A DNA stretch of 47,068 nucleotides from the IMG/VR virus record IMGVR_UViG_3300037722_000249, positions 1 through 47,068 of that record. The stretch is one strand, 5' to 3'. The position numbers and the translations under genes are program-made. Of this stretch, positions 9,153-19,446 are shown in pieces (position 1 is the first letter of the stretch; each line of letters opens with the position of its first letter). The notes beneath the pieces are model-generated. The model was not told the origin of the DNA and did not search any database. It worked only from the letters and a program-made list of their open reading frames with translations. The stretch comes from a virus. Taxonomy: Duplodnaviria > Caudoviricetes.

Positions 9153-10162
9153 CGCTTATTCCCTTTTTGTTTTTGTAGATACCAATTAGCAGCGTCGTCC
9201 AGCGAACCGGACTTCTTGAGCCGGTTGAAGGCGTCGTCTGCATCACTGCGGGGACTTGGCTTTTCTGCACTTCCGGGTTTCACAACCTTGGGAACTGCCA
9301 CGACTCGCTTACTAACCTCGGGCTTGGCTCGTTGGAGCTGCCTGTATTGGTAGGCATCGTGGAAAACCTTGATCAACCTCGCGTCATACACACTCTCGAC
9401 ATCCTTGATGTCAAAGCCGTAGTCTTTAACCACGGTCCCCAACACCTTTTGATACACGTCCCCATTCCATCCCTGGATGTCTGCTTCTAAGGTCTGGCGG
9501 GACTTCTCGATTACCTGAGCTAGCGCGGCCTTCTGGTCAGTTTGTAGCTTTTCCTGGGCTTGGCGCTGCTCATTCTCGATAGCCTGTAAAGTCTGGGTTA
9601 ACTGGATCTGACGGAAGAAAAGCCGCTGAGCCTCTCCTGGGTCTTTCTGCGCCAGCTCGTTCAAATCCACGTTCTGGAGTTCTGGGGCAACGGTCTTCAG
9701 TACCAGTTGCTTATGGGTCTCCAGTTGCTTCAAGTATTCGTTCTGGGCCTGTAGGGAGGCTTGTTTGACCTTCTCCTGGATCTCGGCCTCTTGCTGCTTT
9801 ACCTTCTGGATGTTGCGGTGATAGTCCGCCTTCATCATCCGCTCTTCACGGAGTTGTTTAAGCGAAACCTTTACCGTCTTGGTCTTGTCCTCAGTGTCCT
9901 GAACCTCGAAAATAGGAGCCTCATCGTCTATTTCGATGGTCTCCGCTTCCTCGGTCTTTTCCTCGGGCTTTTCTTCTGCCTTCTGCTCTGGTTTTTCCTC
10001 CTGCTTTGGGGCCTCAAGGTCGGTTCCTGCGTGTGGGTCGTTATCCGGATTCTCGCCAACCCACTTGGTAAGAGCTTCTACCGTCGCTGTTTCTTCGTGG
10101 ATGGGGTGAACCGGCGCTTGGGCTTGGGATTGCTCCTGCCCTTGTGCTTGGGTCTGTTCCAT
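9149..10162 (-). CDS. Capsid scaffolding protein
   Basis: Acidic N-terminus, ADYHR, coiled coil, C-terminal LKKSGSLDDAA; directly upstream of the capsid gene. Confidence 0.8.
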   Translation of the reverse strand: MEQTQAQGQEQSQAQAPVHPIHEETATVEALTKWVGENPDNDPHAGTDLEAPKQEEKPEQKAEEKPEEKTEEAETIEIDDEAPIFEVQDTEDKTKTVKVSLKQLREERMMKADYHRNIQKVKQQEAEIQEKVKQASLQAQNEYLKQLETHKQLVLKTVAPELQNVDLNELAQKDPGEAQRLFFRQIQLTQTLQAIENEQRQAQEKLQTDQKAALAQVIEKSRQTLEADIQGWNGDVYQKVLGTVVKDYGFDIKDVESVYDARLIKVFHDAYQYRQLQRAKPEVSKRVVAVPKVVKPGSAEKPSPRSDADDAFNRLKKSGSLDDAANWYLQKQKGNKR

Positions 10163-10223
10163 GTTTCACCTTGTTATTAAGAGCGGCTTCTATGTCCGCT
10201 TGACTGCGCCCCTTGCTGGGTAA

Positions 10224-10487
10224 CTAGAAAATCCCGAACCTCTTTTTAGGGTCCTGGAAGTTGTATTCGATGATCTTCTCGGTCTCGATATGAGTACGGA
10301 TGCTGTCCCTGATAAGCTCGAATACCTGAAAGGCGATGGTCGCCTTGAGGGCTTCTGCATCCGTCTTAGCCACCCTTAAGGCTTGAAGTAAAGCGGTCTG
10401 GGCAAGCTCGAACGACTCCTTTAGCAAAGGATCGTTCAGTAGTTGCTTGGCTCTCTCAGCCCTTATCTTCGCTTCTTCTGGGTTCAT
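10224..10487 (-). CDS. Conserved small head-module protein
   Basis: RAERAKQLLNDPLLKESF, a type usually found between portal and scaffold. Confidence 0.65.
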   Translation of the reverse strand: MNPEEAKIRAERAKQLLNDPLLKESFELAQTALLQALRVAKTDAEALKATIAFQVFELIRDSIRTHIETEKIIEYNFQDPKKRFGIF

Positions 10488-10864
10488 GACAGCAGCAATA
10501 CCTCTTCGTCGTCTTCTTCTATTGCGTCCATGCCTGCGTTTATCATCGACATCAGCTCGGCAATCTTTGCCAACCTGTCGTCCATCTTCTGCTCGAACCT
10601 CTCGATTCGTTCTTCTGCCTGCCTGTAGAGAATCCCGGTTTTGGGAAGCTTCTTCGCCTGCTTCACCAGGATCTTTAGCTTCTTCCTCTCCCTGGCTACT
10701 GCCTTTTCTTCCTCCTGGATCTCCTCCAGGATTTCATCTTCTTCCCAGACAACCCGATACTTACTGCTCTTGTGACCGCCAACGAGCGTCGCGACTTGTT
10801 GTGCTTCTCCGCCCGTATCGAACGCATCTACACCGAATACAAGTATCGGTTCGACAACATCCAT
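10484..10864 (-). CDS. Hypothetical protein (coiled coil, acidic C-terminus EEDDEEVLLLS)
   Basis: Coupled to both neighbours. Confidence 0.6.
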   Translation of the reverse strand: MDVVEPILVFGVDAFDTGGEAQQVATLVGGHKSSKYRVVWEEDEILEEIQEEEKAVARERKKLKILVKQAKKLPKTGILYRQAEERIERFEQKMDDRLAKIAELMSMINAGMDAIEEDDEEVLLLS

Positions 10865-12409
10865 TTATGCCAGTTCTTCCGTACGGATTATCCGACCCGT
10901 GCCGTCATAGGGCTGAGTGCCTGCCACATCCTTGTAGGTCTGCGCCGAGAAAAGCGGCGTCGTGCCATCCGCGTCGTAGATGGTGAATATGCCGGTCGCC
11001 GGGTCAAGGACGCGCTTACGTTGTAGGAGGAATTTCGCGTTCAGGACTTCCGTCAACGTGGGCCCTCCTACGCTGAAATCAGCGATGACGTAGCCGGCTA
11101 CAGACACGCCATCGACGGTCCCTGCTGTCATGACCAAAGCGTACCTCGTAGAATTTGTATATCCGTTCGCGCTCGAGGCCACTACTTCCACATTGTTAAG
11201 TCCAGTGCGCCCGTCAAAATCAACAGCAAGAGTAATTCCGGCTGTTATCTCGGTAACACTATTCCCTGGATACGCAGCAATTGCACCACCAGTCAACGCG
11301 CTTGGCAGCCCAGATGAATTTCTAGTGGTGAACTTAATGTTCAACGTGTCTCCTAACCTGATGTCTCCTGCTGGTATTCCTATTACGATGCGAGATTCGA
11401 ATCCAGCACCCCCAGCCCCGGCGGTTACGGTCGGTGCAAACGTGGTGATGGTCAACGCCGCAGTGCCGGGCGTGACCGTCCGGTGATCTGTAGCCGACAC
11501 AGTTGCTGCAAATGTCTCCAACGTAAGTGCGGCGGTGCTCGGCGTTACGGTGACGCCTGCGCCACCAGTTACGGTAGGCGCGAAGGCTGTCAGCGTCAGA
11601 CTGGCGACACCCGGGGTAACCGTCTGATGTGCTGTCGAAGTTACCGTAGGGGCGAAGGTCGCCAGTGTCAGCGCCTTTGTGGACGGTGTTACTACCTGAC
11701 CGGCGCCTCCCGTTACCGTAGGTGCGAACGTGGTCAGAGACAGAGCCGCCGTAATTGGCGTGACCGTCTTGTGATCGCTCGACGTGACAGTCGGTGCGAA
11801 GGTAGTAAGCGACAGCGCCTTCGTCGTCGGCGTGACGACTTGGTTCTCTGTGGCGGTAACAATCGCTGCGAAGGCAGTGATTACTAGCGCCGCTGTAGTC
11901 GGCGTAACAGTGACGTTCGCGGCCGCAGACCACGCGCCGATCAGTTTGTCATTCGCGCCGTTGACGCTGATCGTGAGCGTCTGGTTGCCGTGGCTCGCTG
12001 CGCGAGATGCGCTAAGCACGCCCACCAGACGGTCGCCAGCGTTCGTCGTGATCGGCGAACCGATGGCGACTGTATGCGACTGCGGCCCGGTGCCGATCTT
12101 CGTGCCCGACGTGCCAAGCGTCTGCTGCAGCGTTCCCGCCGAGTTCACGCGGCGCAGCGACAGCGTGTAGGAGATGTCCGCGCCGGTGGCGTCGATGTCG
12201 CACGAAACCGTGTAGTCGCCAGCCGGCCATTGGGCCAGATTCGGAACGCTCGGCTCCGTGTACCACGCCGCCGATCCGGTGCCGCCGCCAGCCAGCGTAA
12301 TGTCGAGGCTCGTCCCACCTTCGGCCGCGTCCAGCGCCTTCTTGTTATGGACCGTACCCTGGCTCGTGAGGCCAGAATTGGTGTCGGTGAGAACGAAGGT
12401 CGTAGCCAT
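10865..12409 (-). CDS. Thr-rich repeat fibre/decoration-like virion protein
   Basis: 514 aa; seven 24-aa repeats; C-terminal TIYDADGTTPLF motif; lies in the head module. Confidence 0.65.
   Translation of the reverse strand: MATTFVLTDTNSGLTSQGTVHNKKALDAAEGGTSLDITLAGGGTGSAAWYTEPSVPNLAQWPAGDYTVSCDIDATGADISYTLSLRRVNSAGTLQQTLGTSGTKIGTGPQSHTVAIGSPITTNAGDRLVGVLSASRAASHGNQTLTISVNGANDKLIGAWSAAANVTVTPTTAALVITAFAAIVTATENQVVTPTTKALSLTTFAPTVTSSDHKTVTPITAALSLTTFAPTVTGGAGQVVTPSTKALTLATFAPTVTSTAHQTVTPGVASLTLTAFAPTVTGGAGVTVTPSTAALTLETFAATVSATDHRTVTPGTAALTITTFAPTVTAGAGGAGFESRIVIGIPAGDIRLGDTLNIKFTTRNSSGLPSALTGGAIAAYPGNSVTEITAGITLAVDFDGRTGLNNVEVVASSANGYTNSTRYALVMTAGTVDGVSVAGYVIADFSVGGPTLTEVLNAKFLLQRKRVLDPATGIFTIYDADGTTPLFSAQTYKDVAGTQPYDGTGRIIRTEELA
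11408..11911 (-). repeat. Seven degenerate 72-bp (24-aa) tandem repeats, consensus xVTPxTAALxLTTFAPTVTxxxxx
   Basis: Visible in the translation of 10865..12409. Confidence 0.9.
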
Positions 12410-12756
12410 CAGAGCAACCCCACGCTCCGCGCCACATCGTCACTCACCCACTGGCCGCGCCGCGTTGCCTTGAATGGCGGCAACTTCGCATTCGGCATGT
12501 ACGGCGTGCGCTCCTGCGCGCGACTAGGCCCAAACGTCCATACCATGCCATGCCCAAAGTACGGATCTGCTGGGTCGTCAGTCTTCCACACGCCGACAAT
12601 CGTGCGCCTACCCTTAACAACCACTCCGTAGTGGTCCCAGCCAGAGAAGGTTACGCCGTCAAAGATCACCTTGAGCACTCCTTTGCGCGGCGCAGAGGAG
12701 AACTTTGAGGGCGCCCCCTCCCACATCGACAAGTCCGAGAATAAAACGCGCATCAA
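12409..12756 (-). CDS. Hypothetical protein
   Basis: Overlaps the stop/start of both neighbours. Confidence 0.55.
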   Translation of the reverse strand: MMRVLFSDLSMWEGAPSKFSSAPRKGVLKVIFDGVTFSGWDHYGVVVKGRRTIVGVWKTDDPADPYFGHGMVWTFGPSRAQERTPYMPNAKLPPFKATRRGQWVSDDVARSVGLL

Positions 12757-13178
12757 GCCAGCGTGAACACTCCACTTGTGTGCGCGGCCACGGTGAACGT
12801 GTTCCCCGTGGTAGCCGTAACATCCGCTGGCGTGTCATCGACAAGGCAGTAGCACAGCACATCCCCGGTTACCTCGTAGATGACCGCGAATCGTGCCGTG
12901 ATGCTGCCGCCAGATGCCGTCCATACGGGATCGGTGCCGATATCCACCGTAACCGTAGTGGTTCCAGCGAGCGTCAGCGTGACCGCAATGCCGCCGGTCG
13001 TGTAGCCGTTCGCGTTCGCGTGCTCGTTCGTCAAACCCGCATAGGTCGTGCTCGACGCGCCGATGTTCGACGTTGAGAGAAACAAAGCGCACTTGTACGA
13101 GTCCGTGTCGATGTCGAACGTACCGTTTAGCAAGCGTGTGCGCCCGCCGTTGGTGAAGGTCCATACTCCAGCCGCCAT
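12753..13178 (-). CDS. Small structural protein (fibre/decoration-associated)
   Basis: DIDTDSYKCAL, NGYTTGG..LT, WTASGGSITARFAVIY motifs seen in phage structural proteins; RBS GGAGA. Confidence 0.65.
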   Translation of the reverse strand: MAAGVWTFTNGGRTRLLNGTFDIDTDSYKCALFLSTSNIGASSTTYAGLTNEHANANGYTTGGIAVTLTLAGTTTVTVDIGTDPVWTASGGSITARFAVIYEVTGDVLCYCLVDDTPADVTATTGNTFTVAAHTSGVFTLA

Positions 13179-13213
13179 ACTTACATCTCCCTATTCAATG
13201 ATTATTTGCTTGC

Positions 13214-15412
13214 TCACTCTATGCCCGCCGCCCTTCCAGACTTGTCGCGGATGATCTTCTTCGGTTTGGCTAAAGCCTCAGCAGCCTTAGCTAAAGCACT
13301 GGCAGCGGAAGTCAAAGACTCTCCTTGTTTATTCGCTGCCTTGCTTTCTTTTTCCTTGGACTTTTCCTCAGAAGCGACTTTCTCCCTCTCAAGCGAAGCC
13401 CCCTCGGCAGCCTTGTAGCGCTCCAGCTCTATTTCAAGCATTGACTTGGCTTTCTCAAGCTCAAGCCTTTCACGCTCCATCTGCATTTCCATCGCAAGCT
13501 TTTCACGCTCGAGATCGATCTTGGCCTGTTCCTTTTGCACATCCAGTTGAAACTTGGCTTGATCTCCATGAGCCTTCTGCATCATCTTCATCTGGTCGCT
13601 CTCGTTCTTCGCCTGGATCTTCATCTGATCCACTTGAGCGTCCATCTCAGCCTTTGCAATCGCAGGGTCTTGCTGAGGCGGTTGCGGAGGCATCTTTTCA
13701 GGATGGGTGTAGAACAAGTCCCCACCCTTGATGTTCTTCGCCTCCAAGGCTTTCATTCTCAGGTTATAGACGTTCTCCGGAGTGACGATGGGTAACCCGC
13801 CTTGTAAAGCAGCCAACTGGAATTGGGTTTCTTCGTTCAGCGCAGCGAGTTGCGTCTGCTTGGAGCCAGTACCCAACCCAACCATAACGGTGAGGTCGAA
13901 CTTGTTAGTCCATTCCCTCGGGTCCATCGGAACCCACTCGTTTCTCAGCCTGATGACCTTCGACTGGTCCTGGTACTTCTGGACGTTCTCCAGGATCGCG
14001 TAGAACAGGTCCTTAACCCCGGTCTCGGCAAACACTCTAGCGATCAGCTCAACCCTTGCCTGTGTGGCTTGGTCGATAATCGCCGCACCAGTTGCGTGCT
14101 TGCTGATGGAGTCAGGATCCAATGGAGCCCTGTTTACCCCGGTCCTGTTCTCTTTTATCTGGTCGATGTATTCCAGGAGGTTGAAGGCCGGCGCCCCTAG
14201 AAGAGCGGGCTGCATCGGCTTTACCGCATCGAACGTCTTGACCCTGACAATCCCTCCAGGACGACTTGTGAGAAGGTCGTCAATGTTGACCATCCCATCC
14301 AAAGCCATCCATCGGCCGTTGTTGTTCAAGTACATGTTGTCCAGGATCTGCCTGAACACCGTGGACTTGAGCAACTGAATATCCATCACCAGATCGGCAA
14401 CGGACATTCCGTAGAGCTTATGGGGGAGGATGATCGGGGTGAGGGTTACGAACGGGCAGGAATCCGCTTCTTCGTCCTCCAAGATCCTGTCCCCCGCCAT
14501 GATGGTGTGGCGAAGCTCCGCTATTCCATCCCCATCCCTGTCTATCCTCCAATACGCCTCAGCCAGCCAAACGTACCTGTTACCAGGAGTGGAATCCGAG
14601 CGGTCGCTCTGGTCGGTCTCATCGTAGGAATACCTTGCTATCCTCTCCTCGTTGAAGTTGTCTTCTTCGTAGGAGGAGACATCGTCAACATCCTCGAACC
14701 CCATTTCCTTTAGTTCCGAGATGGTGACTCTGCGACGATGGCAGATGAACCTGTTCTTGCTTAGCGGAGCTACCGGGTAGCGGTTGACAAGGACTTCTTC
14801 CGGTGGGACCGGCTCTACGCAGCACTTCCCTTTTTCCGTCTTTTTCCTGACCTTCAGAGAATGGGACTTGATCTCAACCCCGGTCATGGGGTCCACCGTC
14901 GCATCCTCGGTATGCTCTACGGGTTCTACGCCATCATCCTGCAGGATCATGGCGAATTCATCATCCGTCAGGTGCTCATAAGTCTCTGTTTTGTGTTCGG
15001 TGTACTTCTCCCAATAGACCTTTACGAAACCGTTTTTAGAGAGGAGGGCGTCCTTGAACCAGGTGTATAGGGTTAAAAACCCGTCGTTCTGCCTCTGGAA
15101 AATGTAGTTGACGTAGTCCGTAGCCTGTTGGGCGTTCTTCTCGTCTTCCGGACCTTGAGGCTCGAAGCGGACAATCGTGTCTCCCCCAGTGAAAATCCGC
15201 ATGAGGGAGGGCATGATCCATTCGATGGTGTCCGCCACGTCCCGGGAGACATACGAAGACCGACCTTCAACCTCGTTACCAAAAGGCTTCCCGTAGTAAT
15301 ACTCGAGAGCGGTTTGCCTTTGGTGGGAGAGTTCTGAGGAGCTGTAACCAACCGCCCCCCTTATCTCATCGTCAAGTAGAGCCCGAAGCTCGGTTTCCGT
15401 CAGTTTCGGCAT
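13214..15412 (-). CDS. Portal protein (podovirus type with C-terminal coiled-coil barrel)
   Basis: ALEYYYG.PFGNE..GRS..VS.DV, FKDALLSKNGFVKVYW, long Gln/Glu coiled-coil tail. Confidence 0.92.
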   Translation of the reverse strand: MPKLTETELRALLDDEIRGAVGYSSSELSHQRQTALEYYYGKPFGNEVEGRSSYVSRDVADTIEWIMPSLMRIFTGGDTIVRFEPQGPEDEKNAQQATDYVNYIFQRQNDGFLTLYTWFKDALLSKNGFVKVYWEKYTEHKTETYEHLTDDEFAMILQDDGVEPVEHTEDATVDPMTGVEIKSHSLKVRKKTEKGKCCVEPVPPEEVLVNRYPVAPLSKNRFICHRRRVTISELKEMGFEDVDDVSSYEEDNFNEERIARYSYDETDQSDRSDSTPGNRYVWLAEAYWRIDRDGDGIAELRHTIMAGDRILEDEEADSCPFVTLTPIILPHKLYGMSVADLVMDIQLLKSTVFRQILDNMYLNNNGRWMALDGMVNIDDLLTSRPGGIVRVKTFDAVKPMQPALLGAPAFNLLEYIDQIKENRTGVNRAPLDPDSISKHATGAAIIDQATQARVELIARVFAETGVKDLFYAILENVQKYQDQSKVIRLRNEWVPMDPREWTNKFDLTVMVGLGTGSKQTQLAALNEETQFQLAALQGGLPIVTPENVYNLRMKALEAKNIKGGDLFYTHPEKMPPQPPQQDPAIAKAEMDAQVDQMKIQAKNESDQMKMMQKAHGDQAKFQLDVQKEQAKIDLEREKLAMEMQMERERLELEKAKSMLEIELERYKAAEGASLEREKVASEEKSKEKESKAANKQGESLTSAASALAKAAEALAKPKKIIRDKSGRAAGIE

Positions 15413-15572
15413 TATTTTTATTCTTAGAAAGCCGTGCGTTGAGCATGCGGTACTTGTTCTCTAGTTCCTTGAGCCTGACTTCCACCCCCAAAACAGGACC
15501 AGCGGAAGTTTTCGAGAGTTCATTGACCCTATCCTCCAGGGCTTTGATCCGCTTCAGCATCGCCAAGCTCAT
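15372..15572 (-). CDS. Small coiled-coil hypothetical protein
   Basis: ATGA coupling to the upstream glycosyltransferase. Confidence 0.55.
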   Translation of the reverse strand: MSLAMLKRIKALEDRVNELSKTSAGPVLGVEVRLKELENKYRMLNARLSKNKNNAETDGNRASGST

Positions 15573-16189
15573 TTCCAGTTTTCCTCTATCCAGTCGGCTT
15601 TAACGTCCGTGAGCTTCGGAAGACCATGGAAACAAACGATGGACGTGTCTTCAGGAAGACCGCTCACGCAATGAAACTTGTAGGACTTGATGGTTTCCAT
15701 TGGCAAGTGGTCAACCCTTTGTCTTAGCGAATCCCATATAAATGCCTGATCTCCCAGGTAAGGACCGTCCCTCTTTTTCTCGTGGTAATCGATCCATTTA
15801 TATGGCTTCTCGCAGAATCTCAGGTACACCCTCTTTAGCGGTTTCCTGAACCACATCACCCCGGACCCCACAAACGAGGGAACGTGGAAATTGCTCAGCA
15901 TCGCAAAGTCCATGTCCAGATTCGACAGGTGATCCAGGCTTCCGGTGACTACCGTATCGAGGTCCAGATAAAGGGTGGGACCGTTTACCACCCTGAACAG
16001 CTCGATCTTCGACCACCAGCCCGGCCAGTTATGAACTAGTGGGATTCGTTCGCAGGGGACATCAACATCCGAAAGGCACTTGAACGTATGGGGAACCGTT
16101 AGATTCCTCGCTACGCCATCCCTTAGTTTCCTGACCCACTCAGGGGTGTATTCCTCTCCGGTCCTCAGGACACAAAGAACCGTCAGCAT
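15569..16189 (-). CDS. GT-A fold glycosyltransferase
   Basis: DxD motif YLDLD, GWWSKIELF, GDQAFI, CFHG.PK. Confidence 0.8.
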   Translation of the reverse strand: MLTVLCVLRTGEEYTPEWVRKLRDGVARNLTVPHTFKCLSDVDVPCERIPLVHNWPGWWSKIELFRVVNGPTLYLDLDTVVTGSLDHLSNLDMDFAMLSNFHVPSFVGSGVMWFRKPLKRVYLRFCEKPYKWIDYHEKKRDGPYLGDQAFIWDSLRQRVDHLPMETIKSYKFHCVSGLPEDTSIVCFHGLPKLTDVKADWIEENWK

Positions 16190-16722
16190 ACAAAGGCGCA
16201 GCGCCTGTATTTTTGCGCCGCAGATATCACAACGCCCCTTGGTTTTTCCTTCTCTATTCTCAGGTCTGCTATGCAGAAGCCTTTGACTTGGTAGGTACTA
16301 AGTGGGTAGTGAAATCCCCAGGAGAGCAGAGAAATCACCAGGTCAGACTGCAGTTCCTCTTTTGTTCCTACCTCGTGCCACTTGTCGCACTCGAAACCGT
16401 TTGCCTTCAGAAGAGCATCCGTAGCTTTACGGGAGTTGCCTATCGTGCTGGTGAACCCGTAACTTCCAATCCCCCCATCGCCATCAAGTAATTCGAGCCT
16501 GGCATGGGGAAATTTACGCTTCAGTAAGACATCAATTCCCGCCATGCCGCAACCGATGTCCAGTATGGATTCGACCCTATCCGGTAGGTAGGGCTCGATC
16601 ATCCGGAAGTCGTGTTCGACGTTGAAGCCGTCAGGCCGTTGCAGTTTTATCCAGCACCAGCATTCATCCGGTACTACTAATCCTGTCGCGGATATCAGGC
16701 CACTTCTCCCGTAACCACACAA
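16183..16722 (-). CDS. SAM-dependent methyltransferase (start uncertain)
   Basis: Motif I ILDIGCGMAGID; DLVISLLSWGFHYP. Confidence 0.75.
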   Translation of the reverse strand: MCGYGRSGLISATGLVVPDECWCWIKLQRPDGFNVEHDFRMIEPYLPDRVESILDIGCGMAGIDVLLKRKFPHARLELLDGDGGIGSYGFTSTIGNSRKATDALLKANGFECDKWHEVGTKEELQSDLVISLLSWGFHYPLSTYQVKGFCIADLRIEKEKPRGVVISAAQKYRRCAFVC

Positions 16723-17284
16723 GGTAAGCTTTTCGATCCGCCGGCATAGGTGGGCGTTCCATGTACGTCTTGTCCGGCGGCATCCTCCCCTTGTTCACAT
16801 GCTCGTGTGAGACCATTACCTCGTCAAGCCTCTTGCACCCGAATTCCTTGGCTATAAGCTCGTTAACGTCGTCCAGGTAAAAATGCCTCAGGTCCGGACA
16901 CGCAACCCACCCCAGCTTTCTAGCGAAGTCCCCACTCATCACTGGTGTGGATATGCGGTCGGCGTAGTTGTCCTGGGGCCATACTAATGGGCCTTTAAGA
17001 GCATCTACCAGCCTCGTATCCCAGTTCTCGGTCTTCGGTAGGTGGTCGTCATTCAGGACCCCATACCACGGCTCATTAGGCCGGTATCTAAATCCTTTAT
17101 TCAACTTGCCGGAGAGAAAGTCCCTCCTGAAAACGACCCTCTCCCATTTATCCGGGAGTCTTACCTTCTCGTACTGAGTTGAATCGTCGTGGCACAGAAT
17201 CAACAACCCGGGCGTTTGAAAGTTGCCCTTGTCGAACAACCTCTGTGCCAGGTGAGGTCGTCCCCTACTGGGTAGCAGCCACAT
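16664..17284 (-). CDS. GT2-like glycosyltransferase
   Basis: LLPSRGRP N-terminus, LNDDH (xDD), HFYLDD, HEH. Confidence 0.7.
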   Translation of the reverse strand: MWLLPSRGRPHLAQRLFDKGNFQTPGLLILCHDDSTQYEKVRLPDKWERVVFRRDFLSGKLNKGFRYRPNEPWYGVLNDDHLPKTENWDTRLVDALKGPLVWPQDNYADRISTPVMSGDFARKLGWVACPDLRHFYLDDVNELIAKEFGCKRLDEVMVSHEHVNKGRMPPDKTYMERPPMPADRKAYLVWLREKWPDIRDRISSTG

Positions 17285-17912
17285 ACACCGATAGATAATC
17301 CAAGGGGTCTAAACTGGTAGATGGCTTATCCACCCACTTTTTTTCTTTCGTGCTCCAAATAGCCAAATCTTGGATCTCCAACCCAGCCATCTCGCACATT
17401 CTCTGAGCTTCTTTAATGGTGTAGACGCGATGGAAATTCCCGACTCTTACGGGCAAATCCCCGTCCACCACTCCACCAAACGTAATTGCTCCAACTGCTC
17501 CGGGCTTCATCACCCTCTTAACTTCGCAGAGCATCTTCTCGTCACCATCCTTGACTATGGGGTCTCCATACCTCCCCAACCCAACATGAGTGAGGACACA
17601 AGCCGAACTCACCGCATCGAACGAGCTATCGGGTATCGGCATTGAGCTTGCATCGGCTTGGATGAACCTCGAGAAACCATGCGGGGGTTTCCTGATATCC
17701 AGGTAAGTTACCTCCCACCCGATCCTCTCAAGCGCAAAAGCCTCGAATAGCGGAGATCCAATGACGAGACAAGATCCCTTCCCCTTCCCAAGGTGCTCTA
17801 CAGCAAAGTTAGTAGAGGCCACGTACCAATGATCCTTGGAGGGGTGTTTCCCTTGCCACGGCGAGTTCACAGACCCAACATCTGGTGTTTCTACAACAAG
17901 CTCCTGCCTCAC
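17265..17912 (-). CDS. SAM-dependent methyltransferase (DUF268-like)
   Basis: LVIGS, YLDIR, QADA..MPIPDSSFDAV, HVGLGRYGD, RVMKPG. Confidence 0.75.
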   Translation of the reverse strand: MRQELVVETPDVGSVNSPWQGKHPSKDHWYVASTNFAVEHLGKGKGSCLVIGSPLFEAFALERIGWEVTYLDIRKPPHGFSRFIQADASSMPIPDSSFDAVSSACVLTHVGLGRYGDPIVKDGDEKMLCEVKRVMKPGAVGAITFGGVVDGDLPVRVGNFHRVYTIKEAQRMCEMAGLEIQDLAIWSTKEKKWVDKPSTSLDPLDYLSVYVAATQ

Positions 17913-18307
17913 GCTCTTATGCGCTCTATCAAAGATGTCGTCGTAATCGGAAGCGACGGAAGGTAAATGCTAGGAATCCCCAGTTCGCTTAGGACTTTGT
18001 CCTCTGGCTTTGGAACGCCTCTATACTCCTCCCCTCGCATCCACACATTCGGATGCACAAGGCCAATGTTGTGGATGGGTGTCTCGTCCTTAGTCAGCAG
18101 CACGTTATCAACTACCCGCAACGCCAAGAGAATGACCATGCGCTCACCCTGCGGCACAATCGGGCGTCCCCTCTTGGAGATAAAGGCATCTGCCACCAAA
18201 GAAACCACCAGTCTTTCGCAATGCTCCTTCGCTCTTTTCAGGTGCCATAGGTGCCCGGCATGGAAAAGGTCGAATACGCCATGCACCATCCCGACTTCGT
18301 ATTTCAC
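17909..18307 (-). CDS. Cytidylyl/adenylyltransferase (HldE domain II / TagD-like)
   Basis: GVFDLFHAGH (HxGH), KRGRPI..ERM, TTTSLIERI. Confidence 0.85.
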   Translation of the reverse strand: MKYEVGMVHGVFDLFHAGHLWHLKRAKEHCERLVVSLVADAFISKRGRPIVPQGERMVILLALRVVDNVLLTKDETPIHNIGLVHPNVWMRGEEYRGVPKPEDKVLSELGIPSIYLPSLPITTTSLIERIRA

Positions 18308-19446
18308 GCAAGAAAGTTGACGTTGGCTGGTGCCTGAGTGATCGGGAACGTCACCTTGCCATCGAGATATCTATAGAGCCAGTCGTTGGTCAGGTTCTGC
18401 ATGCAATCCGATGGACAGCGTTTACGGGGGTCAAACTCGTCAGATGCTATGTAGCGCATGACTTCCCAATAACGCTCACCGTGGAACATATCCTTGAATC
18501 TCTGGGTCGTGATGTTGCCGATGTGGAAGGCTCGCCACTTCTCGTTGAATAGCGGCCCGCAAGGGGCGATAAGGCCATTTCCCGACATCTGCAGGGCAAA
18601 TGGAGGGCCAAAACACCGCGAGTACTGTCGTTCCCCTTGGTGCTTCAGCTTGTTCCACTTGACTACGATCTTTGTATTTTCGTCGGACAGCGCCTCGCAC
18701 TCGAGCAGCGTTTCCTCGATTCTTCCATATCCCTTGTAGTCCACCTTGAGAATGCCGTCCATGTGGGTGTCCACCCAGCAATGCTTGATGATCGCATAGT
18801 GAACGCCCAGATCCTTGGCAAGTCTCGCAAACGGCAGCAACTGGTCGGACTGGTCGGGGTCGCACACCAAATTCATGTTTGTAATGCACGGCCAGTTGTT
18901 GTCTCGGACAAGTCTTACTGCCGTTCTTATGTTGCCGATCACGATGTCATAGACCGCTTGTTTCAGGCCCATGATCTCGGCGTAGCGCTTTTTTTCTCCG
19001 GCTGAGAAGTTGACCCTAAAAGACGAGAGTCTCGGTAGAATTCGCTCAAGTACCGGCTGCGTAGTGGCGATGCCGTTTGTTCCTACTCCGATAGCTATTC
19101 CCAGGTCGGTCGCCTTTTCTACTGACTCGGCATACCACGGAACCATAGTCGATTCGCCGTCAGAGATGTAGTTCATTGCCAGAACACCGATCTCTGCGGA
19201 ATCCTCGAGGAACGCCATCGCATGATCGCGAGTGATGACACCACCCTCCGAGGCTTGAGTCTGAGCCGCGCAGAAGTAGCACGCCGCCTGGCATTTCCTG
19301 GTCCACGCCACATCAATGAAAATTGGAGCTACGCGCTCACCGCGCGCCCAAGCCTCGACTCTTTCCCTGTGATAGCCGATATTGGAGCCATCTAGCGTCA
19401 GATCATGCTCACCTACATGGGTGGTAGTTGTGTAATCGAAGTTCAA
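18304..19446 (-). CDS. Radical SAM enzyme with SPASM/twitch domain
   Basis: CQAACYFC (CxxxCxxC), DGE, TNG; C-terminal C..P...G...PC...IGN...CPSDC. Confidence 0.88.
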   Translation of the reverse strand: MNFDYTTTTHVGEHDLTLDGSNIGYHRERVEAWARGERVAPIFIDVAWTRKCQAACYFCAAQTQASEGGVITRDHAMAFLEDSAEIGVLAMNYISDGESTMVPWYAESVEKATDLGIAIGVGTNGIATTQPVLERILPRLSSFRVNFSAGEKKRYAEIMGLKQAVYDIVIGNIRTAVRLVRDNNWPCITNMNLVCDPDQSDQLLPFARLAKDLGVHYAIIKHCWVDTHMDGILKVDYKGYGRIEETLLECEALSDENTKIVVKWNKLKHQGERQYSRCFGPPFALQMSGNGLIAPCGPLFNEKWRAFHIGNITTQRFKDMFHGERYWEVMRYIASDEFDPRKRCPSDCMQNLTNDWLYRYLDGKVTFPITQAPANVNFLA

